This document shows, piece by piece, positions 49,685 through 56,987 of a DNA stretch of 64,000 bases. The DNA lies in assembly GCA_964467885.1 (NCBI GenBank), contig CAYXUE010000002.1, positions 14,564 to 78,563 of the forward strand. The letters are read 5' to 3'. The position numbers were made by a program, and so were the translations under genes. Position 1 is the stretch's first letter. The number at the start of each line of letters is the position of its first letter. Origin of the DNA: an uncultured bacterium (lineage in GTDB: Bacteria; Deinococcota; Deinococci; Deinococcales; Trueperaceae). A model generated the notes under the pieces. It was not told where the DNA came from and made no database searches. It worked only from the letters and a program-made list of their open reading frames with translations.

Positions 49685-51331
49685 TCAGAAGAAGAGCGAG
49701 CGCACCCAGGGGCTGACTGCCACCGCGATGAGCAGGCCCACATGCAGCGTCAGCTGCGCCATGAGGGGCTCCCAGCCGCTGCGGCGTCTACTCCAGGCTG
49801 CTGCCAGCACCAGCCCGAAGGGCAGGAGCAGAAGGAGGGGGGTGCCGAAGGAGAGGGCGTAGAGCGAGCCCGAGAGGACGGTGGCGATGGAGCCCGTGTA
49901 GCGCTTCTCGAGGGGCGCCAGCACGAACGGCCGGAAGAAGAGTTCGGCTAGCGGGATGAGTATGGCTGCCGCCACCACCAGGGGGGAGGCCTGTAGGAAG
50001 TCGAGGTAGAAGCCGCCCAGCGCCTCGCCGCCGGGGCGGTAGTGCAGGTAGGCGATGGTGAGCCCCAGGAAGAGTAGCCCCCAGCCAAGGCCGTAGGGCA
50101 CGGTGCGGGCGTCGCCCAGCAGCTCCTCGTAGGCATCGTGGCCGTTCATCTGCACGCGGCGCCACGACAACAGCGCCAGCATGACGGCGAAGGTCAGGAA
50201 GAAGAGCGCCACGGCGTCGCCGCCCGTGCCGGGTGTGAGCAGGGCCAGCACGTTCTCGAACGATATGAGGCCGTACAGCACGGTCACGAGCAGACCCACC
50301 AGCAGCGAGGTGATGAGTGTGCCGTAGATCTGGCCTACGCTCCATGGCTGCGGTCCCTCCACCACCTCCAGCGAAGAGGAGGCGGAGATGCGGCTCTCGC
50401 CTACCAGGTGCAGCCCTACCAGCAGTAGAAGCAGGAGCACCCACATGAGCGTGTTGCCGCTCAGGATGCTGCTGAAGTTCTCGCGCCGGAACGACTCGCG
50501 CAGCGCCAGGCCGCCCGCCTCGAAGTCGCCCTCCGCGTACGAGATGAGCGCCATGCCGCGCAGGTCGGCCGCCTGCGCGTCCACGTTGCGGGCGCCCCTC
50601 AGCTGGTGCGCGGTCGCCAGATGGCCCGAGGCGGCGGCGAGGTTGCCCTGCGCCCACAGGGCGCGGCCGAGCAGCGAGCGCACCTCCGGGTCGCGGTCGT
50701 TGCCCGTGAGCTGGATGTAGCTGCTCAGCTGCCTGGCTGCGTTGTCGGGATCGCGCAGCCTAAGCCGCAGGGTGGCGTCCAGGAGCCGGTACTCGGCGTT
50801 CAGGGGGTCCAGGTCGATCGCCTGGGCGTACTCGGACAGCGCGTCGTCGTAGCGCCCCTGCGACTGCATGATCCGCCCGGAGAGCACCGCGACCTGCGCC
50901 TCCAGTTCCAGGTTGCCCTGCGTGTTAAGTCGCCGCTGCGCCTCCTGCAGGAAGGCTTCCGCCTCGCCGGGCCGCTCGTTGTCCAGCGCCGCTTGGGCCA
51001 GCAGTACCAGCGGCTCGGCCGAGTCGATGCGGTTACGTACCCGGCGGAGGCGCGTCTCCGCGCTGGTGGGATCGCCGAGGCCGAGCTCGATTCGGGCTAG
51101 TACCAGTTCCGCCTCGGCGAAATCTGGCCTAACCTGCAGTGCGTTCAGGCAGAATTGGCGCGCCGTTTCGAGATCGCCCCGCGCCTCGAACAGTTGGCAC
51201 TGGTTGAAGTACCGCGTCTCGTCGAAGCCCTGGGCGTTACCGACCGCCAGGAGCAGCGCAACGAGCAGGGTCAGGGCCGGCGCCACTCCCGTGCGCCTCC
51301 TGACGACACCTGCCCCCATGTCGTGGAACAT
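49685..51331 (-). CDS. TPR-repeat protein fused to a CPBP (CAAX) family intramembrane protease domain
   Basis: Signal/TM segment, then ~280 aa of TPR-like repeats. The C-terminal polytopic region carries the PLAELFFRPF motif (EExxxR-type CPBP motif 1). Confidence 0.65.
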   Translation of the reverse strand: MFHDMGAGVVRRRTGVAPALTLLVALLLAVGNAQGFDETRYFNQCQLFEARGDLETARQFCLNALQVRPDFAEAELVLARIELGLGDPTSAETRLRRVRNRIDSAEPLVLLAQAALDNERPGEAEAFLQEAQRRLNTQGNLELEAQVAVLSGRIMQSQGRYDDALSEYAQAIDLDPLNAEYRLLDATLRLRLRDPDNAARQLSSYIQLTGNDRDPEVRSLLGRALWAQGNLAAASGHLATAHQLRGARNVDAQAADLRGMALISYAEGDFEAGGLALRESFRRENFSSILSGNTLMWVLLLLLLVGLHLVGESRISASSSLEVVEGPQPWSVGQIYGTLITSLLVGLLVTVLYGLISFENVLALLTPGTGGDAVALFFLTFAVMLALLSWRRVQMNGHDAYEELLGDARTVPYGLGWGLLFLGLTIAYLHYRPGGEALGGFYLDFLQASPLVVAAAILIPLAELFFRPFVLAPLEKRYTGSIATVLSGSLYALSFGTPLLLLLPFGLVLAAAWSRRRSGWEPLMAQLTLHVGLLIAVAVSPWVRSLFF

Positions 51332-51598
51332 AAGGTCCCTTTCGTTATTCGCCTGGGTTGGCGACCAAGTCAGCTCATGATGACCCGCGCCGCGCCGCGG
51401 CTGCGGTTAGGTCGTTCACTTCCGCGTGAGACACGGCTTACTGCAGGTTAAGGCTCGCTGAAGCCGTAAAGCCTCGGTGTTCACTGACGGCTGTTAGCAT
51501 TGCAACATGGTGCGAACGAACTCCATCTCACCGTTCGCGTGGCGCACATGACACTCACTCACCTTTTCCTCGTCGGGCAGTTTATGCTGCATCTACCC

Positions 51599-51928
51599 AT
51601 GATGCCGGTCGGCACGGAGGTTCGCCTCATGTCGGTCGACCTGTTCACAGTGTACGCCTCGGCGCAGGTGGAGCGTTCCTACCTCAAGTTCAAGGAGCTG
51701 CCGCCACCCGGCACCGAGGTGCGCATCCTGATCTTCCCGCCGGACGCCGACGACGTGGCGCTGGCGGAGACTCTCAGTGGCGCCACCGCGCTGAAGGGGT
51801 TCGTGTCGGACGCCGGTACGGATATCCTCGTCTTGCTCGAGGGGGAGAACGAGCCCCTCTCGCTCAGGGCCCTCTTGCTGCAGGAGCGGGAGATCTGGTT
51901 GGATCTGCCGCTCGGAAGGAGCCAGTGA
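51599..51928 (+). CDS. Hypothetical small protein immediately upstream of the response regulator
   Basis: High GC3 from about 51599 onward. The listed ORF opens at a TTG at 51500, but the first ~33 codons have weaker coding bias. The stop overlaps the SD/start region of the regulator. No family recognised. Confidence 0.4.
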   Translation: MMPVGTEVRLMSVDLFTVYASAQVERSYLKFKELPPPGTEVRILIFPPDADDVALAETLSGATALKGFVSDAGTDILVLLEGENEPLSLRALLLQEREIWLDLPLGRSQ

Positions 51929-51930
51929 CC

Positions 51931-52599
51931 ATGACTGGCAAACGGATACTGATAGTCGAAGACGATCTCGACATCCTGAGACTGCTCACGCGCGAGCTGG
52001 AAGACGCGGGCTTCGAGGTCATGGCGTTCGACAGCGGCATGCGCGGCCTGTCCGCGGTGCGCGAGAGCGAGCCGGACCTAGTGATCCTCGACCTGGGCCT
52101 GCCTGACCTGACGGGGCAGGAGATAGCGCGCCGCGTGCGCCACACGGGCGATACGCCCATCATCATCCTGACCGCCGCCGACGAGGTGGGTACCAAGGTC
52201 GAGATGCTGAACGCAGGTGCGGATGACTACCTGGCCAAGCCGTTCCATGTGGAGGAGTTGCTGGCGCGCGTCAACGTGCAGCTGCGCAAGCGCACGCTCG
52301 GTTCCGCGCAGAAGATCGGTGAGCTGACCATCGACCCTGTGAGGCGCCAGGTCTTCTGGGCCGACGACGAGATCCGCTTCTCGCCCCGCGAGTACGAACT
52401 CATCACCTACCTGGCGGGCCAGCCGGGCCGGGTGTACTCGCGCAAGGAGATCGAGAACAACGTATGGGGCGAGGACCTGCCGCCCTCGTCCAACGTCGTC
52501 GATGTCCATATAGCCAACATCCGCGGGAAGTTGCGCGACGCAGGCGGTTACGGCGTCATCCGCACCATCCGCGGCGTTGGGTACGCACTGAAGTCGTGA
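51931..52599 (+). CDS. OmpR-family response regulator
   Basis: Receiver domain (KRILIVEDD...DLVILDLGLPD) and winged-helix output (...IRTIRGVGYALK). A GGAAGGAG SD lies 8 nt before the ATG at 51931; the GTG at 51925 is also possible. Confidence 0.9.
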   Translation: MTGKRILIVEDDLDILRLLTRELEDAGFEVMAFDSGMRGLSAVRESEPDLVILDLGLPDLTGQEIARRVRHTGDTPIIILTAADEVGTKVEMLNAGADDYLAKPFHVEELLARVNVQLRKRTLGSAQKIGELTIDPVRRQVFWADDEIRFSPREYELITYLAGQPGRVYSRKEIENNVWGEDLPPSSNVVDVHIANIRGKLRDAGGYGVIRTIRGVGYALKS

Positions 52600-52604
52600 A
52601 CTGA

Positions 52605-53954
52605 GTGAGGCGCCGCCCGGCAGCGCTGGTTCGGGCACCGAGGGTGTCGCTCACCTGGCGCGTGGCGCTGCTTACCGCCGCGGCCGTGGCGGTGTTGAGC
52701 GCCCTGACCATGCTCATCGCCTACCAGGTGGTGCGCTCGGGGCTCTACGAGGAGCTGAGGCGCACCATCAAGGAGGACGCCGCCACCGTAGCGGCGCTCT
52801 ACTCCTCGGGCGAGGGCAGCGCTAGCGGGCTGGGCGGCCCCACGGGCGGGGTCATCCTGCAGATCTACGACGCGTCGGGCCGGCTGCTGGCTGCCAGCGA
52901 GCCGGAGTTCGAGAGCGCCACGGCCGCCCTGCCGCCTTCGGATGTCATGGGCGCCGCCCACGTGCCCCTCTCGTGGAACGGGCTGGTGGCCGGGCGGCAG
53001 ATGGAGGCCGCCCTGGCGCCGTTCGAACTGGGAGTGGTTGCGGTGCTGATAGACCCCTCCTACATCGGGCCGGTGCTGGCCGAGGTCTCCCGCACGCTGT
53101 TCGTGGCCGCGCTGCTGGTGGTGGCGCTGAGCCTCTTCGTGGGTTACGTGGTCTCCGCCGCGGCGCTGCGCCCCATCTCGCGGCTGGCCCGCCTGGCGGC
53201 CACGCTGGGGCCCGAGGACCTGGAGCCCATCCGCTACGACGGCCCCCTGGACGAGGTGGGCCGCCTGACCTTCGCGCTGAACGGGCTGCTGGGCCGCCTG
53301 CGGGAGGCGCTGGATGCGCAGCGCGTGTTCCTGGCCGAGACCAGCCACGAGCTGCGCACGCCGCTTACCAGCATGCGCGGCTTCCTGGACCGCGCCGTGA
53401 GGCGCGCGCAACCGGAGAACCGCGACGACCTGCTGGATGCGCAGCGCGTAACCGGCACGATGGCGCGGCTGGTGGAGGACCTGCTGCAGCTCTCGCGTGG
53501 GCAGTTGGTGGTGGAGGAGGGCCTGCACCTGGTGGACATGGCGCTGGACGTGCTGCGGCCCGTGAGCGACGAGTTCCCGGGAGTGCGTGTGGAGGGGCCG
53601 GGCGGCGTGCTGGTGCTGGGTGACCCCGTGCGGCTGAACCAGGCGGTGCGGAACCTGACCGCCAACGCGGTGCGCGCCGCAGGGCGCCCGGCCGGGGTGC
53701 TGCTGCGCCTGGTGGGGGAGCCGGGAGAGGCCGTGGTGACCGTGGAGGACGATGGCGGCGGCATCCCGGAGGAGATGCTGCCGCACATCTTCGAGAAGTT
53801 CTACAAGGGTGCCGGCGGCGGCTCGGGTCTGGGCCTGGCCATCGCACGGCAGATCGCGGAGCACCATCACGGCACGCTCACCGTGCGGACGCGCCCGGGC
53901 GAGACGGTGTTCGAGATGCGCCTGCCGCTCATCGAGGCGGTGGACGAGGAGTGA
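52605..53954 (+). CDS. Sensor histidine kinase (two TM segments, HAMP, HisKA, HATPase)
   Basis: H-box SHELRTPLTSMRGF, an N-box region (NLTANAVRAA), and a G-box (GGGSGLGLAIAR). Confidence 0.9.
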   Translation: MRRRPAALVRAPRVSLTWRVALLTAAAVAVLSALTMLIAYQVVRSGLYEELRRTIKEDAATVAALYSSGEGSASGLGGPTGGVILQIYDASGRLLAASEPEFESATAALPPSDVMGAAHVPLSWNGLVAGRQMEAALAPFELGVVAVLIDPSYIGPVLAEVSRTLFVAALLVVALSLFVGYVVSAAALRPISRLARLAATLGPEDLEPIRYDGPLDEVGRLTFALNGLLGRLREALDAQRVFLAETSHELRTPLTSMRGFLDRAVRRAQPENRDDLLDAQRVTGTMARLVEDLLQLSRGQLVVEEGLHLVDMALDVLRPVSDEFPGVRVEGPGGVLVLGDPVRLNQAVRNLTANAVRAAGRPAGVLLRLVGEPGEAVVTVEDDGGGIPEEMLPHIFEKFYKGAGGGSGLGLAIARQIAEHHHGTLTVRTRPGETVFEMRLPLIEAVDEE

Positions 53955-53978
53955 TGCCCGCACGTGTGACGGCGCGCT

Positions 53979-54009
53979 GAACGGGGCCGTGAGTAGTCCG
54001 GCCCCGTTC
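53979..54009. terminator. Bidirectional terminator-like hairpin between the convergent HK and dcd genes
   Basis: gaacggggccg (53979-53989) pairs with cggccccgttc (53999-54009), with a 9-nt loop. Confidence 0.55.
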
Positions 54010-54029
54010 GGTCGTGCGTCACTGCTGGC

Positions 54030-55706
54030 TCAGAGCCGCGGCAGCGTGACGCCCTTCTGACCTTGGTACTTGCCCTTGCGGTCGGCGTAGGTTGTCTCCG
54101 GCCTGTCGCCCTGGAAGAAGAGGAGCTGCACTATGCCCTCGTTGGCGTAGACCTTGGCGGGGAGGGGAGTGGTGTTGCTTAGCTCCAGGGTTACGTGACC
54201 CTCCCAACCGGGCTCCAACGGCGTTACGTTGGCTACGATCCCGCAGTTAGAAACGAAGACCCCCGCTTCGAGAGCGAAGTTCCCGGCCTCAGGCACGGTG
54301 AGGCAGTAGACGTCGTGATCGCCCTTCAACTCGCGGACACTGACGACCTTGTGGTTCCTCGGCGTTCCCCTGTGCTCGGCGATGACCCTCGGGAATCTGC
54401 GGAATACGCTGCGATCAACACCTAGTAAGCGAGCTGCTCCGCGGATAGAGCCAGCTTCGTCGAGCGCCTGCCGGACGACGTGCTCATCGATGTGGGCGTG
54501 GAGCCTTATGCGACGCGCGCGCTCAGCTTGCGCGGCTCGTCGGCTGGGAGCGGCGCTGTCCCACGCCTTGCGTGAGCGTTCGCCCTGCGCGGCCCGGGCT
54601 TCGTCGTTGGATTCCCAGAAGGCGCGCTGACGCTCCCTTTGCGCTTCACGTTCCTCAGGCGTCCACCGGGCGCGGTGGTACTCCAGTAGGCGCTGCCGCA
54701 CGTCTTCGTACTGCGGGTCGTGCCAGAAGTCGTAGGCGCGCTGCCTCTGCTGGGCGTCACGCCTGGCTACCCATTCCGGGTCTTGCGCGCGCCGACTGAG
54801 GGAGTCCTTGATGGCCAAGGAGTGCTCCACTGGGTCGAAGTCCTCGCCGTAGGAATGAGCGTTGTGGTAGCGGATGTGCTCGCTGGCGTCCATCCGCACG
54901 ATGTTCCAGGGGTTGTTGTTGCGCCGGTCGTGGTCGACGTGGTGGCGGTGAGTCCCGGGGGCATCCTCGTAGATCTCGTGCCGCAGGTTCCACTCGTCGG
55001 CCAGCCGGTGGGTGGGGTAGTAGTAGCCGGTCACAGGTTGGTAGGTCATCTCGTACCCGCGGAACGAGTCCCTGTAGAGCGGCATGAGGGAGTCGCCGGG
55101 CCGTAACTCGCCGGCCTCCGTCCAACTGCCGTCGCGCCGCATGAAGTCGTGGTCCGGGGTCGCATGGATCACCGCGCCGTCGTCGAGGGTTACCTCCAGC
55201 AGGGTGTCCCTCCCGATGAACCGCGGGGCGTCCAGGAGCGAGGCGATCAGACGGCCGTTCTCGCCGATCGAATAGCCCCAGAACTGCTCGCCGTCAGCGT
55301 GCCTCTCCGCCATCTCTTCCAGAGTCGGTGACGTGCCGTCCACTAGCGCCACCCGCGTGTCAGCGCTGAAGCACCTGGCGTACGAGCTCTTGCCAAGCGC
55401 CACGACCATGGTGTCGTCGGGTATGCGGAGGTACTCCACCGATCTCGTGAGGACGAAGCTGTTCGGCGGGATGATGCAGGTGTCGCCCTCGTACTCCACC
55501 AGGCTGTTCGTGTCGAAATCCTTGGGGTCGACCACGGTGTTGAAGGCGTTGACGAAGATGCGCCACTCGGGTGCGGCCCTTAGGTCGTAGCCGAAGCTGG
55601 ACAAGCCGTAGCTGATGACGCCTTCGCGTACCAGCGCTTCCTCGAAGGGGGTGATCATGCCCTCTCTGGCACGCTCGCGTATCCACCAGTCCGGTTTGAT
55701 GCTCAT
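54030..55706 (-). CDS. dcd: dCTP deaminase interrupted by an in-frame intein (precursor ~558 aa; predicted spliced product ~182 aa)
   Basis: The N-extein is [22 protein letters not shown]...[11 protein letters not shown]. The C-extein is [46 protein letters not shown].... Joined, they form a contiguous, normal-length Dcd sequence. I prefer the ATG at 55706 (canonical MSIK... N-terminus with a -10 box 8 nt upstream); the listed ORF opens at a TTG at 55715. Confidence 0.9.
   Translation of the reverse strand: MSIKPDWWIRERAREGMITPFEEALVREGVISYGLSSFGYDLRAAPEWRIFVNAFNTVVDPKDFDTNSLVEYEGDTCIIPPNSFVLTRSVEYLRIPDDTMVVALGKSSYARCFSADTRVALVDGTSPTLEEMAERHADGEQFWGYSIGENGRLIASLLDAPRFIGRDTLLEVTLDDGAVIHATPDHDFMRRDGSWTEAGELRPGDSLMPLYRDSFRGYEMTYQPVTGYYYPTHRLADEWNLRHEIYEDAPGTHRHHVDHDRRNNNPWNIVRMDASEHIRYHNAHSYGEDFDPVEHSLAIKDSLSRRAQDPEWVARRDAQQRQRAYDFWHDPQYEDVRQRLLEYHRARWTPEEREAQRERQRAFWESNDEARAAQGERSRKAWDSAAPSRRAAQAERARRIRLHAHIDEHVVRQALDEAGSIRGAARLLGVDRSVFRRFPRVIAEHRGTPRNHKVVSVRELKGDHDVYCLTVPEAGNFALEAGVFVSNCGIVANVTPLEPGWEGHVTLELSNTTPLPAKVYANEGIVQLLFFQGDRPETTYADRKGKYQGQKGVTLPRL
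54246..55373 (-). mobile_element. Intein (376 aa) with an HNH-type endonuclease insert, inside dcd
   Basis: Block A is [13 protein letters not shown] (Cys1). Block B is IHATPDHDF (TxxH). Block F is [15 protein letters not shown]. Block G is GVFVSN, followed by Cys+1. The centre carries [29 protein letters not shown] (HNH-like). Confidence 0.85.
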
Positions 55707-55714
55707 GATGGCCA

Positions 55715-55720
55715 AGTCTA
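55715..55720 (-). promoter_or_regulatory. -10-like box TAGACT, 8 nt upstream of the dcd ATG at 55706 (leaderless-type)
   Basis: The minus strand reads TAGACT tggccatc ATG, with no SD. Confidence 0.45.
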
Positions 55721-55902
55721 ACAGCGGTTCCGCGCCGTACGGCCCCCACTTGGGCAGCGGTCAGGGATCATCAAGGTCCCTGCGGCCAGGAGGGGTGCCA
55801 AATGCCGAGAGTCTCGCTACTCGTGCCGACACAAGGTTCGCCCTCCGGCCCTCGTTGTGAGGCTCTTCGGTGAGCGGTGGCGCCCGGCCGAAGGCGAGCT
55901 GA

Positions 55903-55932
55903 TTGCACCCGTTGATATAGAAGTGATATCAT
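55903..55932 (+). promoter_or_regulatory. Sigma-70-like promoter of the SPFH gene (TTGCAC, 18-nt spacer, TATCAT), 9 nt upstream of the ATG
   Basis: TTGCAC is at 55903-55908 and TATCAT at 55927-55932. The ATG is at 55942, with no SD. Confidence 0.5.
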
Positions 55933-55941
55933 TCTGAAACC

Positions 55942-56889
55942 ATGACCAAGGAGCAAGAGGTTCAACCCATAGTCCAGAACTTCAACACCACCCTCGCCGA
56001 GCGCGTGCAGGAGAAGCCCGTCGCGGCCCTGAACGGCTTCCTCATGCTGTTCGTGGGCCTCGTCGGCCTGGTGGGGTCCATCCTCCTCTTCATCTTCGGC
56101 GTGGGACCAGAGAGCCCGGACATGCCCAACAGCTGGCTCATGATCGCCCTGGCCATCGTCCTGTTCCTCGCATCCTTCTTCACCCTCATCGGTCTCTTCG
56201 CCGTGCAGCCCAACGACGCGCGGGTCCTCATCCTCTTCGGTAACTACATCGGCAGCCAGCGGCGCTCGGGCTTCTGGTGGGCCAACCCGTTCGCCAGCAA
56301 GAAGCGCGTGAGCCTGCGCGTGCGCAACTTCAACTCCGAGCGCGTGAAGGTGAACGACGCCGACGGCAACCCGGTGGAGATAGCCGCCGTGGTGGTGTGG
56401 CGCGTGAGCGAGTCCGCCAAGGCCACGTTCGACGTCGACGACTTCGAGGAGTTCGTCGGCATCCAGGCGGAGACCGCCCTCCGCAGCCTGGCCACCCGCT
56501 ACCCCTACGACTCCGCCGGCGAGGAGCGGGCCAGCCTGCGCGAGAACCCGGACGAGCTGGCGGCGGCGCTGAAGATAGAGCTGGAGGAGCGCCTGGAGGT
56601 GGCCGGGGTGGACGTGCTGGAAGCGCGCCTCACGCACCTGGCCTACGCCCCCGAGATCGCCCAGGCCATGCTCCGGCGCCAGCAGGCTCAGGCCGTGGTC
56701 TCCGCCCGGCGCCTCATCGTGGAGGCCGCCGTGGGCATGGTGGAGGACGCCCTCACCGGGCTGGCCGAGAAGGGCGTCGTGGAGCTGGACGAGGAGAAGC
56801 GCGCGGCCATGGCCAACAACCTTATGGTGTCTCTCACCAGCGAATCCGCCGCCACCCCCATCATCAACACCGGCACGCTCTACGGCTGA
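55942..56889 (+). CDS. SPFH/band 7 (stomatin/prohibitin-like) membrane protein
   Basis: Two N-terminal TM helices, followed by an SPFH-like core (...[27 protein letters not shown]...) and a C-terminal coiled region. Confidence 0.65.
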   Translation: MTKEQEVQPIVQNFNTTLAERVQEKPVAALNGFLMLFVGLVGLVGSILLFIFGVGPESPDMPNSWLMIALAIVLFLASFFTLIGLFAVQPNDARVLILFGNYIGSQRRSGFWWANPFASKKRVSLRVRNFNSERVKVNDADGNPVEIAAVVVWRVSESAKATFDVDDFEEFVGIQAETALRSLATRYPYDSAGEERASLRENPDELAAALKIELEERLEVAGVDVLEARLTHLAYAPEIAQAMLRRQQAQAVVSARRLIVEAAVGMVEDALTGLAEKGVVELDEEKRAAMANNLMVSLTSESAATPIINTGTLYG

Positions 56890-56987
56890 GCGTCGCCGCA
56901 GCCTCGGGCGCTGGGCCGCTCAGTCAGCGGTCCGCGCGCCCAGGTACGCATTCGACAAGCAGCCTCGACAAGGAACGGTGAACGATC

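Noticed and set aside
51507-51551. 14-codon ORF (MVRTNSISPFAWRT) starting 6 nt after a TAGCAT box upstream of the two-component operon.
   Set aside because: It is too short to evaluate, shows no coding-bias signal, and overlaps the longer in-phase candidate ORF region. I noted it only as a possible TSS marker.
52548-53963. 471-aa ORF antisense to the histidine kinase.
   Set aside because: It is a shadow ORF. The kinase frame contains the H, N and G boxes.
54030-55715. Compositional (GC3) contrast between the intein and the dcd exteins, as a sign of recent transfer.
   Set aside because: A hand count of third positions in ~40 intein codons and the 71 C-extein codons gave similar values (roughly low-to-mid 80s percent G/C). 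I make no claim of anomalous composition; a proper calculation is needed.
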